Of a stretch of 64,000 nucleotides of DNA, positions 18,478-27,394 are shown piece by piece. The translations under genes and the position numbers were made by a program. Below the pieces are notes generated by a model, which saw nothing but the letters and a program-made list of their open reading frames with translations, did not search any database and was not told the origin of the DNA. Numbering within the stretch: position 1 is the first letter of the stretch; the number at the start of each line of letters is the position of its first letter. The DNA is from an uncultured Clostridium sp. (GTDB lineage: Bacteria; Bacillota; Clostridia; Christensenellales; CAG-138): contig CAYMPG010000004.1 in the NCBI GenBank assembly GCA_964392455.1, forward strand, positions 7,537 to 71,536, in the 5' to 3' direction.

Positions 18478-20274
18478 TTACTCCTTTTCCACAGTTGTAG
18501 CTATATGCAGCTCCTCGAGCTGAGCCTCATCCACCACATCGGGAGCGGAGCACATCAGGCAGGATGCAGTCTGTACCTTGGGGAAGGCTATAACGTCACG
18601 GATGCTCTGGGCGCCGGTGATAAGCATGGCCAGCCTGTCAAGGCCGTATGCCAGGCCGCCATGGGGAGGAGTACCGTACTTGAAGGCACCCATCAGGAAG
18701 CCGAAGCGCTCCCATGCCTGCTCCTTGGTAAAGCCCAGCTTTTCAAACATCTTTTCCTGTACCTCGGGGGAATGGATACGGATGGAGCCGCCGCCGATCT
18801 CGTTGCCGTTGAGCACGATATCATAGGCCTTGGCACGCACCTTGCCCTGGTCGGTATCCAGCAGGTGCAGATCCTCGTCCATGGGAGAGGTGAAGGGGTG
18901 ATGCATGGCATAGAAGCGGCCATCCTCCTCGCTCCACTCGAACTGGGGGAATTCCACCACCCACAGGAAATTGAACTTGCTGTCGTCCATCAGGCCCAGC
19001 CTGCGGCCCACCTCAAGGCGCAGTGCGCCCAGCGCCTGATATACCACGGAATCCTTGGCATCGGCGATAAACAGCAGCAGGTCGCCGGTCTTTGCATTGG
19101 CCCGCTCATGGATGGCGGCTATCTGCTCCTCGGTAAGGAACTTTGCAAAGGAGCACTGCATGCCCTCAGGCTTCATGCTCATCCAGGCAAGGCCCTTTGC
19201 CCGATAGGTCTTAACGTAATCCACAAGGGAATCTATCTGCTTGCGGGTAAACTTATCCACCCCGCCCTCAACGTTTATGCAGCGCACGGAGCCGCCCGCA
19301 GCCACTGCATCCGCAAAGGCACCAAAGCCGCAATCGCGGGCTATATCGGTAATATTCACAAACTCAAGGCCAAAGCGGGTATCCGGCTTATCCGAGCCGT
19401 ACCTGTCCATAGCCTCCTGCCAGGTCATGCGGGGCAGGGGCAGGGGCACGTCAATATCCAGGGTTTCCTTCATGAGGCGCTGTATAAAGCCCTCATTCAC
19501 CCTCATTACATCCTCCTGCTCCACGAAGGACATTTCAAGGTCTATCTGGGTAAACTCAGGCTGCCTGTCCGCCCTCAGGTCCTCATCACGGTAGCAGCGG
19601 GCTATCTGCATATACCTGTCGTAGCCGGACAGCATGAGGAGCTGCTTGAATATCTGGGGGCTCTGGGGCAGCGCATAGAACTTGCCGGGCTGCACACGGC
19701 TGGGCACCAGATAGTCACGGGCACCCTCGGGAGTGCTCTTGCAGAGGGTAGGAGTTTCGATTTCTATAAAGCCGTTTTCTGCAAAGTATTCATGGGCGAT
19801 GCGGGTAATCTTGCTACGCATCATCATATTGTACTGCATGCAGGGGCGGCGCAGGTCAAGGTAGCGATACTTCAGGCGAAGCTGCTCCTGGGTATTCACG
19901 TCGTCATCAATATAGAAGGGGGGAGTTTCGGATACGCTGAGTATCTTAAGATCCTTTGCAATGACCTCAAACTCCCCGGTCTTCATATTCTTATTTATCA
20001 TGTTTTCGTCGCGGCGGGCCAGTACGCCCTTTACGGCGATGACATACTCGCTGCGGATGGTCTCCGCCTTTTCAAATACATCCCCGGGGAGCTTGCTCTG
20101 GTCGAATGTCACCTGCATGGTGCCGGTGCGGTCCCTGAGGCCAATGAATATCAGTGCGCCAAGGTTGCGCCAGGTGCCTGCCCACCCCATGAGGGTAAGC
20201 TCCTTGCCGATATCGGCGGCGGTGGGGTCGCCGCAGTAATGTGTACGCTTCCAGCCATTAAGAAGTTCTGCCAT
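18478..20274 (-). CDS. aspS: aspartate--tRNA ligase
   Basis: 598 aa with class II motifs (FYALPQSPQ, RCYRDEDLRADRQPEFTQID, GLDRL). Confidence 0.95.
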   Translation of the reverse strand: MAELLNGWKRTHYCGDPTAADIGKELTLMGWAGTWRNLGALIFIGLRDRTGTMQVTFDQSKLPGDVFEKAETIRSEYVIAVKGVLARRDENMINKNMKTGEFEVIAKDLKILSVSETPPFYIDDDVNTQEQLRLKYRYLDLRRPCMQYNMMMRSKITRIAHEYFAENGFIEIETPTLCKSTPEGARDYLVPSRVQPGKFYALPQSPQIFKQLLMLSGYDRYMQIARCYRDEDLRADRQPEFTQIDLEMSFVEQEDVMRVNEGFIQRLMKETLDIDVPLPLPRMTWQEAMDRYGSDKPDTRFGLEFVNITDIARDCGFGAFADAVAAGGSVRCINVEGGVDKFTRKQIDSLVDYVKTYRAKGLAWMSMKPEGMQCSFAKFLTEEQIAAIHERANAKTGDLLLFIADAKDSVVYQALGALRLEVGRRLGLMDDSKFNFLWVVEFPQFEWSEEDGRFYAMHHPFTSPMDEDLHLLDTDQGKVRAKAYDIVLNGNEIGGGSIRIHSPEVQEKMFEKLGFTKEQAWERFGFLMGAFKYGTPPHGGLAYGLDRLAMLITGAQSIRDVIAFPKVQTASCLMCSAPDVVDEAQLEELHIATTVEKE

Positions 20275-20289
20275 TATTCTTTACCTTCC

Positions 20290-21555
20290 TTATTTCAGTA
20301 TTTCCTTTATCCTGCCGGTAAGGGACGGTATGGGCACATACCCCTCATCCCCGGTATCCATATCCTTGAGCTTTACCTCGCCCCGCTCCAGCTCATCCTC
20401 GCCCAGTATGGCCACAAACCTTGCGCCCAGCTTATTGGCGTACTTGAACTGGGCCTTGAAGCTGCGGCCCACATGGTCGTATTCGGTCTTTATCCCCTGC
20501 TCTCTCAGCCTGTGTGCAAGGGTGAAGCCCGTTTGCCTTGCCTCCTCGCCCATTGCGGCGATATATACCTCCACCCGCCTGGGCTCAGGTATGCGTGCGC
20601 CGGAAAGCTCCGCTATGAGCAGCAGCCGCTCCATGCCCATGCCAAAGCCTATACCGGGGAGCTTCGGCCCGCCCAGCTGCTCCAGCAGCCCATCGTACCT
20701 GCCGCCGCCGCATACGGTGCCGGTATAGCCATCGCTGTTGGCGATTATCTCAAATACGGTCTTTGTATAGTAATCCAGCCCGCGCACTATGAAGGGATCC
20801 ACCTTGTATTCCACGCCTATGCTGTTAAGGCAGGCCTTAAGCTCCTCAAAGTGGGCGGTGCAGTCATCGCAGAGGCAATCCAGTATCGTAGGAGCGCCGG
20901 CGCATATGGCCTTGCACTTTTCCTCCTTGCAATCCAGTATGCGGAGGGGGTTCTTTTCAAAGCGGCTCTTGCAGGTCTCACAGAGGCCGTCAAAATTGCC
21001 CCGGAGGTATTCCTTCAGGCTTTCATTGTATTTGGGGCGGCAGTTCGGGCAGCCGATGCTGTTTATATTTACGCTCAGGCCCTTTACGCCCACCCTGTTA
21101 AGCACGGTCATGGCAAGCTGTATGCACTCTGCATCTATGCTGGCACGGGGAGCGCCGTATACCTCCACGCCAAACTGATGATGCTCCCTGAGTCTGCCCG
21201 CCTGTGGCTTGTCATAGCGGAACACCGGGCAGTAAAGGTAATACATCTTGGTGGGCTGGGGGTCATTAAAGAGGCTGTTTTCGATAAACATACGCCCTGC
21301 GCCGGCCGTGCCCTCAGGTTTAAGGGTTATGGAGCGGCCGCCCTTATCGTCAAAGGTGTACATTTCCTTCTGAACGATGTCCGTGGTGTCTCCCACGCCC
21401 CTTAAAAACAGCTCAGTATGCTCTATGACCGGAGTACGCACCTCGTTAAAGCCAAACTCATCGCACACCTTCCGTGCGACCTTCTCGATATACTGCCACT
21501 TGTAGCTCTCGGCAGGCGTAACGTCCTTTGTGCCCTTGGGCGCCTGAATTGCCAT
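20290..21555 (-). CDS. hisS: histidine--tRNA ligase
   Basis: Start set at [11 protein letters not shown] (ATG 21555). The upstream part of the tracked ORF is T-box leader. Typical HisRS motifs ([25 protein letters not shown]). Confidence 0.95.
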   Translation of the reverse strand: MAIQAPKGTKDVTPAESYKWQYIEKVARKVCDEFGFNEVRTPVIEHTELFLRGVGDTTDIVQKEMYTFDDKGGRSITLKPEGTAGAGRMFIENSLFNDPQPTKMYYLYCPVFRYDKPQAGRLREHHQFGVEVYGAPRASIDAECIQLAMTVLNRVGVKGLSVNINSIGCPNCRPKYNESLKEYLRGNFDGLCETCKSRFEKNPLRILDCKEEKCKAICAGAPTILDCLCDDCTAHFEELKACLNSIGVEYKVDPFIVRGLDYYTKTVFEIIANSDGYTGTVCGGGRYDGLLEQLGGPKLPGIGFGMGMERLLLIAELSGARIPEPRRVEVYIAAMGEEARQTGFTLAHRLREQGIKTEYDHVGRSFKAQFKYANKLGARFVAILGEDELERGEVKLKDMDTGDEGYVPIPSLTGRIKEILK

Positions 21556-21589
21556 GATAGTCCTCACATTCTTATAAAAGTAGTATTTG

Positions 21590-21845
21590 TAAATTAACCG
21601 GGCGTAAAACAAAAGGGTCTTCCGTCCTTTATGTAAGGGACGGGAGACCCGCGGTACCACCCTAATTGGGCCACCTGTATGGCCCCGGCTCATCGCCCTG
21701 TAACGGGGGCGACCCGGGCGAGCCTTATCAGCCCGCCGGCTCACGGGTGTCTCCGGCGCCGCACCCTCCGCCGCTGCTTTCAGCCAAGGCAGGCGGCTCT
21801 CTTATGAGGGCAGGCTGCGCCGCTCTTCCGCTCACAGCCTATATT
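21590..21845 (-). promoter_or_regulatory. T-box leader (His specifier candidate CAC) controlling hisS-aspS
   Basis: Minus strand carries the T-box sequence AATTAGGGTGGTACCGCGG (21650..21667). This is followed by terminator GGGTCTCCCGTCCCTTacataAAGGACGGAAGACCC plus TTTTGTTTT. AGAGA box and a GGAGACACCC specifier-loop candidate lie upstream. Confidence 0.85.
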
Positions 21846-21852
21846 AAGGTAG

Positions 21853-21881
21853 ATTATACAATCGCCCCGGTGGATTGTCAA
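21853..21881 (-). promoter_or_regulatory. consensus sigma-A promoter of the hisS T-box leader
   Basis: Minus strand reads TTGACA, 17-nt spacer, TATAAT. Confidence 0.75.
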
Positions 21882-21925
21882 GGCAGGTGGATTCATATTC
21901 TCCCATTCTATCCGCTTCTTTTCCC

Positions 21926-21954
21926 TTGACAGGGCAATATGTTTCTGATAAAAT
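21926..21954 (+). promoter_or_regulatory. sigma-A promoter of the 6-tRNA operon
   Basis: TTGACA, 17-nt spacer, TAAAAT, about 65 nt upstream of the first tRNA. Confidence 0.7.
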
Positions 21955-22018
21955 ACGTTGATGTCGGCGGTATGGCTTTTTCCGCCCTATTGCGGCAAGG
22001 GCCAGGTGGGTCGGGTAT

Positions 22019-22095
22019 GCGCCTGTAGCTCAGCAGGATAGAGCAACGGCCTTCTAAGCCGTAGGTCCAGGGTTCGAATCCCTGCGGGCGTGCCA
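22019..22095 (+). tRNA. tRNA-Arg (anticodon TCT)
   Basis: Cloverleaf read by eye: D arm GCTC-AGCAGGATA-GAGC, anticodon arm ACGGC-CTTCTAA-GCCGT, T arm CAGGG-TTCGAAT-CCCTG, encoded CCA. Confidence 0.9.
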
Positions 22096-22191
22096 GTTTC
22101 AAAGTCCTTTGGGCTCAAAGCGCTTTGAAACTGGCATAATCCCCAGATGATAGTCCCTCTCTGCCGTAAGCGCAATTTACCAAACTTACAT

Positions 22192-22268
22192 GGTGGGTAT
22201 AGTTCAGTGGCTAGAGCGCCAGATTGTGGCTCTGGAAGTCGTGGGTTCAAATCCCACTACCCACCCCA
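22192..22268 (+). tRNA. tRNA-His (anticodon GTG) with encoded G-1
   Basis: Extra 5-prime G pairs with C73. Anticodon loop TTGTGGC. T loop TTCAAAT. Encoded CCA. Confidence 0.9.
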
Positions 22269-22331
22269 TTTATTAAGGGGGAAGCGGATAGTTACCTATC
22301 CGCTTCCATTACCCTAATCCCCCAAATTCAT

Positions 22332-22407
22332 TGGGGTGTAGCCAAGCGGTAAAGGCACGGGACTTTGACTCCCGCAGTCGCTGGTTCAAATCCAGCCACC
22401 CCAGCCA
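22332..22407 (+). tRNA. tRNA-Gln (anticodon TTG)
   Basis: Acceptor TGGGGTG/CACCCCA (U1-A72), anticodon loop CTTTGAC, encoded CCA. Confidence 0.9.
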
Positions 22408-22410
22408 TAT

Positions 22411-22486
22411 GACCCGTTAGCTCAGCCGGTAGAGCATTTGACTTTTAATCAAAGGGTCCGGAGTTCGAATCTCCGACGGGTCACCA
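22411..22486 (+). tRNA. tRNA-Lys (anticodon TTT)
   Basis: Acceptor GACCCGT/ACGGGTC, anticodon loop CTTTTAA, T loop TTCGAAT, encoded CCA. Confidence 0.9.
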
Positions 22487-22504
22487 TTTTTTCCAAAGCT
22501 GAAT

Positions 22505-22589
<85 letters not shown>

Positions 22590-22612
22590 CCTTTTTCACA
22601 ACAGCATATCCT

Positions 22613-22686
22613 GCGGGTATAGTGTAATGGTAACACATTAGCCTTCCAAGCTGAGATAGAGGGTTCGAGTCCCTTTACCCGCTCCA
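22613..22686 (+). tRNA. tRNA-Gly (anticodon TCC)
   Basis: Acceptor GCGGGTA/TACCCGC, anticodon loop CTTCCAA, encoded CCA. Confidence 0.9.
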
Positions 22687-22690
22687 ACAA

Positions 22691-22718
22691 AGAAATCCCA
22701 TACATTGGGATTTTTTTG
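22691..22718 (+). terminator. intrinsic terminator of the tRNA operon
   Basis: AAATCCCA tacat TGGGATTT followed by TTTTT. Confidence 0.75.
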
Positions 22719-22732
22719 TTGGGCTGATTTAA

Positions 22733-23668
22733 TCAGGGGACTCGAAAGGCAGGAATAAAAAAGGCGCCTGTGGCGGCTTTTGCCCTGCCGGATTCAATCT
22801 GCTTTTCATATGCGTCCCATGCGGTCTTATCCTGAAGATGCGCCATTTCGGTATCAAGGTTGCCATAACGCCGGATTGTGCCCTGTACAATGGAATTCGC
22901 ATTTGCAAGGGTATCTTTTTCCTTAGACCGTGCATACCACCCATTGTCGTTATTATCCGCTTTCTTTTCGGCCTCATCTAACCACTTGTCATAAGTGTTG
23001 GTATAAACCTTAGACTGCGCCATTTCAACAGGGGTGGGAGTGTTTACACCAAGGTCTTTGAGTTCGCCATTGACACTTGCAGTAGGTGATGATATGCTTT
23101 TATTAAGAGCATTGTCATGGTCGCTACCGGGCGTTGGGTTGGGGGCAAGCGTGCTATTCGCTTGTGCATCAGCCACTTGACTGGCTCTTTTTTATTTATA
23201 TACGCCGCTTTGTAACCCAAAGCACATTAGTGGTCGAGTCCGGTACTGCTTCAAAACAAAAGCACCGTAGGGATTCCCGTCCTTGGCCTCACCAATCTTG
23301 GTATAAAAATAGGACGGGTCAGTTGCCGTCCTTAATTCGATAGGTGTTGCGCCCTGCTGTCGGATAATGTCCTTTACAGAGCTTCCAATTCCTCTATAAT
23401 CCGTTCGTCCGTCCAGTGCAGTCTCTCCCGCCAGTCCTTTATTAGGCTCTGTGACAGCCTGTCCTGGTACTCCGGCATTTCCTCCGGCTTCAATTTCTGC
23501 TGTTCTGTTTTCTGCTGTTCCATTTATATCACCTCTTGTTTTATTATAATCTGTTCCGGATACTGCTGCAATATCGCCGTGGGCTTTATTGATAGAGCTT
23601 TCAGCCGTGTTTGCGCCCACAAAACTCAAAAAAGTGGCATTAAGCCACTTTTTTATATTCCGAAGCAT
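22733..23668 (-). pseudogene. degraded gene remnant of unknown family in a low-GC patch (two same-frame ORFs split by an in-frame TAA)
   Basis: ORFs 23192..23668 and 22733..23176 are in the same frame, separated by TAA (23192..23194) plus 5 sense codons. The distal ORF starts only at a GTG. The first approximately 14 codons of the proximal ORF are formed by a terminator hairpin. Local GC is about 46% by eye versus about 57% in the flanks. Confidence 0.55.
23628..23654 (-). terminator. intrinsic terminator downstream of the GntR regulator gene
   Basis: AAAAAAGTGGC attaa GCCACTTTTTT, a perfect 11-bp stem including the A/T runs. Confidence 0.65.
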
Positions 23669-23735
23669 CCCTGTATCCGGGATATTTTTTTATTCAGGCA
23701 AATATACTCATATGTGTACAGGCACCGGCCTGTCC

Positions 23736-24413
23736 CTATGCCTTATCCAGCCCCAGCGCATGAATGGTATGGCGCATATGCAGATCCATGGCGCAGCGGG
23801 AGCCATCTGCATCCCGGCGGGACAATAGCTCAATTATGCTTTCATTGTCGGATATGGTCAGCTTCTGAAGCTCCCCCATATCCTTGGCAAGCTCCATGGT
23901 TTCATGGACGGCGCTGTTTATTATGGGAAACAGCCTGATTATGAATTCATTGTGGGAGGCCTTGACTATCAGGTTGTGAAACACCTGATCGCTGTCTGCC
24001 CACTGGCCCTTGCGCTTTATCTGCCGGATGACCTTTCGGCCCTGGGCGCATATCTCCTCTATCTCCTCATCCCCTGCCCGCTGGCAGGCCAGCGCTATGC
24101 ATACCGGCTCAAATATAAGACGCATTTCATATAAATCCTTCAGGCGCATATGTGCCCTGTCCAGCGTCATGAAGCCCTGAGTGCCATCATTGACGTGCTC
24201 AGATACGAATGTGCCCTTGCCCCGCTTCACGGTAAGTATGCCCTGAGCGGCAAGCACCCGTATGGCCTCCCTCAGGGTGGCCCGGCTCACATTCAGCTCC
24301 CCAGAGAGTATGTTTTCATTTGGCAGCTTTTCCCCTGGAAGCAGGCTTTGCTCCACGGTTATCATGGAATAGAGCCTGTCCGCAGTGCGCTCCGAAAGGC
24401 TTTTGGACGACAT
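23736..24413 (-). CDS. GntR family (FadR/FCD subfamily) transcriptional regulator
   Basis: Start set at MSSKSLSERTADRLYSMI (ATG 24413, GAGGTG RBS). wHTH motif (NILSGELNVSRATLREAIRVLAAQGILTVKRGKGTFV) plus an all-helical FCD-like C-terminus. Confidence 0.85.
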   Translation of the reverse strand: MSSKSLSERTADRLYSMITVEQSLLPGEKLPNENILSGELNVSRATLREAIRVLAAQGILTVKRGKGTFVSEHVNDGTQGFMTLDRAHMRLKDLYEMRLIFEPVCIALACQRAGDEEIEEICAQGRKVIRQIKRKGQWADSDQVFHNLIVKASHNEFIIRLFPIINSAVHETMELAKDMGELQKLTISDNESIIELLSRRDADGSRCAMDLHMRHTIHALGLDKA

Positions 24414-24553
24414 TTTCACCTCGTGATTGCGTGATTTTTTAACAGCTTTTTTATACCGGCTGCCGTGCAGCAATGTGATAAATTTCACAAAGCGCATTTT
24501 CCGGCGACAAGCGAGCCAATAAAATGATTCGTTAATTTCTTTCCCCTTTGAAA

Positions 24554-24607
24554 TTGACAAACCGGCTCGTATGTTGTAAGCTGATGTTATACATCATCTT
24601 ACAACAT
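24554..24607 (+). promoter_or_regulatory. candidate ptb-operon promoter overlapped by a 37-bp near-perfect palindrome (candidate GntR operator)
   Basis: TTGACA at 24554..24559, 17-nt spacer, TAAGCT. Nested inverted repeats at 24571..24607: ATGTTGTAAG-cTGATGT-tat-ACATCAt-CTTACAACAT. These contain GT..AC cores typical of GntR operators. Confidence 0.55.
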
Positions 24608-24692
24608 CAGACAAGATGACGCAACACAGTTTTTCTCAAAATCGGTACACAAAAAACCACATATATCTTAATCAAAAAAGGAGAGCCAGCAA

Positions 24693-25598
24693 ATGATACA
24701 CTCTTTCCAGGAATTGGTTGACAGCGTAAAGAATGCCGGCAGGCGCATAGCCGTAGCCGTGGCGCAGGATGCAGAGGTGCTTATTGCGGTACGCAAGGCG
24801 GCGGATTTGGGCATAGTGAAGCCCATACTCGTAGGCGATGAGGCTGCCATAAAGGCCATTGCAGCAGAGCTTAACATTTCTCTCGACGACATGGAGCTCA
24901 TAAACGAGGCCGATAAAATAGAAGCCTGCCGCACAGCCGTAAAGCTGGTACACGACGGCAATGCCGACGTTGTAATGAAGGGCATAGTGGATACCTCCGT
25001 CATACTCAAGGCAGTGCTGGATAAGGACATTGGCCTCAGGGAATCCCCCGTGCTTTCCCACGTGGCGCTGTTTGGCGTAGATGGCTTTGACAGGCTCCTT
25101 TACATCACCGATGCAGCAATGTGCATCGCCCCCGATGTAAACCAGAAGGCCCACATTATCAACAACGCCGTAAAAGTGGCCCACGCCATAGGCAACGAAA
25201 ACCCCGTTGTCACCTGCGTATGCGCCGTTGAAAAGGTAAACCCCAAGATGCAGGCCACGCTGGATGCTGCCGAGCTGGTTGAGCGCAACCGCAATGGCGA
25301 GATCACCGGCTGCACCGTATGCGGCCCCCTTGCTCTGGATAACGCCATATCCGTAGAGGCTGCCAAGCACAAGGGCATTACCGACCCCAATGCCGGCCGT
25401 GCCGACATACTGCTGGTTCCCTACATCGAGGCCGGCAATATCTTCTACAAGTCCCTGACCTACATGGCAAAGGCACAGAATGCCGGCATGATAGTGGGCG
25501 CAAAGGCTCCCGTGGTAGTTACCTCCCGTGCGGACAGCGACGAGACCAAGCTCAATTCCATCGCACTGGCCATAGCAGTTGCCGCCAAGAACGCTTAA
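24693..25598 (+). CDS. ptb: phosphate butyryltransferase / phosphate acyltransferase
   Basis: 301 aa; N-terminus and overall pattern typical of Ptb (RIAVAVAQDAEVL, ILVGDE). Followed directly by buk. Confidence 0.85.
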   Translation: MIHSFQELVDSVKNAGRRIAVAVAQDAEVLIAVRKAADLGIVKPILVGDEAAIKAIAAELNISLDDMELINEADKIEACRTAVKLVHDGNADVVMKGIVDTSVILKAVLDKDIGLRESPVLSHVALFGVDGFDRLLYITDAAMCIAPDVNQKAHIINNAVKVAHAIGNENPVVTCVCAVEKVNPKMQATLDAAELVERNRNGEITGCTVCGPLALDNAISVEAAKHKGITDPNAGRADILLVPYIEAGNIFYKSLTYMAKAQNAGMIVGAKAPVVVTSRADSDETKLNSIALAIAVAAKNA

Positions 25599-25622
25599 TA
25601 CCCTCAGCAGAAAGGAACGCCA

Positions 25623-26696
25623 ATGAAAAACTTCAGGATACTTGCTTTGAACCTGGGCTCCACCTCCACCAAGCTGGCGGTGTATGAGGGCGAGGAGTGC
25701 AAGATGCAGCAGGTGCTGCGCCACTCTCAGGAGGAAATGGGCGCCATAAAGACCATGGCTGACAATGCGGCCTTCCGCAAGCCCCTTATCCTTGACTTCC
25801 TCAAGAGCAACAATATCGACATAAATACCTTTGACGCCATAGTGGGCCGCGGCGGCCTTATGCGCCCCATACCCGGCGGTACCTATGCGGTAAACCAGGC
25901 CATGCTGGATGACCTTGCCTCCTGCAAGTACGGCACCCACGCTTCAAACCTGGGCGGCATAATCGCCAACGAAATCGCCAACGAAATAGGCGTGCCCGCC
26001 TACATCGTAGACCCTGTGGTGGTAGACGAGCTGGGCGATTACGCCCGCATTTCCGGCCATCCTGAGTTCAAGCGCAGGAGCACCTTCCATGCCCTCAATC
26101 AGAAGGCCATAGCCAAGCGCTATGCTGCGGAAACCGGCAAGGATTACAATAAAATCAATGTTATCGTAGCCCATATGGGCGGCGGCATAACCGTAGGCGC
26201 CCATCAGCAGGGCCGTGTTGTGGATTGCAACAACGGTCTTGATGGCGAAGGCCCCTTCAGCGCAGAGCGTCCCGGCGGGCTGCCCGTGCTTGAGGTGCTC
26301 AGAGTTCTCCACGAAGGCAAGCTGGGTGATTACGATGCGCTCCGCCGTATGCTCACCTCCCGCTGCGGCCTTATCGCCTACCTTGGCACCAATGACGGCA
26401 TAGAGGTAGAAAAGCGGGTAAAGGCCGGCGACAAGGAAGCTGAAACTGTATACCACGCCATGGCATACCAGATTGCCAAGGAGATAGGTGCCATGTCCGC
26501 AGTGCTCTGCGGCAAGGTGGATGCAATACTCCTTACCGGCGGCTTTGCCTATGATAAGACCTTCACCGGCTGGATAGCGGAATACGTTTCCTACATTGCC
26601 CCGGTAAAGACCTATCCCGGCGAGGACGAGATGGGTGCCCTGACTGCCGGCGCTCTCCGGGTGCTGCGTGGTGAAGAAGAGGTAAAGACCTACTGA
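25623..26696 (+). CDS. buk: butyrate / branched-chain fatty acid kinase
   Basis: 357 aa; ILALNLGSTSTKLAVY and HASNLGG are typical of butyrate kinase. Confidence 0.9.
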   Translation: MKNFRILALNLGSTSTKLAVYEGEECKMQQVLRHSQEEMGAIKTMADNAAFRKPLILDFLKSNNIDINTFDAIVGRGGLMRPIPGGTYAVNQAMLDDLASCKYGTHASNLGGIIANEIANEIGVPAYIVDPVVVDELGDYARISGHPEFKRRSTFHALNQKAIAKRYAAETGKDYNKINVIVAHMGGGITVGAHQQGRVVDCNNGLDGEGPFSAERPGGLPVLEVLRVLHEGKLGDYDALRRMLTSRCGLIAYLGTNDGIEVEKRVKAGDKEAETVYHAMAYQIAKEIGAMSAVLCGKVDAILLTGGFAYDKTFTGWIAEYVSYIAPVKTYPGEDEMGALTAGALRVLRGEEEVKTY

Positions 26697-27370
26697 TGAA
26701 CAACCGTATTCAGATAATCACCGGCCACTATGGCAGCGGCAAAACGGAATTTGCCGTAAATCTGGCCCTCAAATACGCTGCGGATGGCGAAAAGACCGCC
26801 CTTGCGGATTTGGACATCGTTAACCCCTACTTCCGCTCTGCGGAAAGGCGTACCCTCCTTGAGGAGCACGGCATAAGGGTCATAGCCACCAGCTTCTCCG
26901 GCATAATGGACGTGCCCGCCGTATCCCCCGAGGTAATGGCCATATTCGATGACCCATCCTATCGTGGCGTTATAGACCTTGGCGGCGACCCTGACGGCGC
27001 CCGTATGCTGGGCCGCTATGAGCCTCAGCTTGCCCGCGAAAGCTTTGATATGCTCTGCGTGGTCAATGCCAACCGTCCCGAAACAAACGCCCCTGAAAAG
27101 GCTCTCTCCTACCTTGAGCATATCGAGATGGCCTGCGGGCAAAAAATCACCGGCCTTGTGAACAACACGCACCTGTGCCGGGAAACTGCCCCTGAGGATA
27201 TCCTCAAGGGCGCAGAGCTGGTTCACAAGCTCTCTGAGCTCAGCGGTCTGCCTGTAATATGGCACGCTGTAGAGAGTAAATTTGTGGAGCAGGTAAAGAA
27301 TCAATTGGGCGAAGGTGAAATTTTGCCCATTGAGATATACATGTGTAAACCCTGGGAAGTAAACTTCTAA
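26696..27370 (+). CDS. P-loop NTPase of SIMIBI (MinD/CooC/ParA-like) type, function unknown
   Basis: 224 aa with deviant Walker A GHYGSGKTEF, DLD and GGD motifs. TGATG overlap with the buk stop. Embedded between buk and the oxidoreductase genes. Confidence 0.75.
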   Translation: MNNRIQIITGHYGSGKTEFAVNLALKYAADGEKTALADLDIVNPYFRSAERRTLLEEHGIRVIATSFSGIMDVPAVSPEVMAIFDDPSYRGVIDLGGDPDGARMLGRYEPQLARESFDMLCVVNANRPETNAPEKALSYLEHIEMACGQKITGLVNNTHLCRETAPEDILKGAELVHKLSELSGLPVIWHAVESKFVEQVKNQLGEGEILPIEIYMCKPWEVNF

Positions 27371-27394
27371 AAAAATCAGGAGGAAATTGCTAAA

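Noticed and set aside
18505-21405. 966-aa plus-strand ORF spanning the antisense of aspS and hisS, including the intergenic gap
   Set aside because: It is codon-aligned antisense to the real genes; both sets of triplets start at coordinates congruent to 1 mod 3. Stops in it would therefore require the sense codons TTA, CTA or TCA, which this genome evidently avoids. Its composition (Gly/Ala/Leu/His-rich, no motifs) is typical of shadow ORFs, while the sense ORFs have unmistakable aaRS motifs.
22733-23668. Possibility that the two ORFs are an intact toxin or phage gene pair, or a programmed readthrough gene
   Set aside because: There is no credible start or RBS for either part. The first ORF begins inside a terminator hairpin. 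The two parts share one frame interrupted by a TAA. A decayed remnant is more parsimonious.
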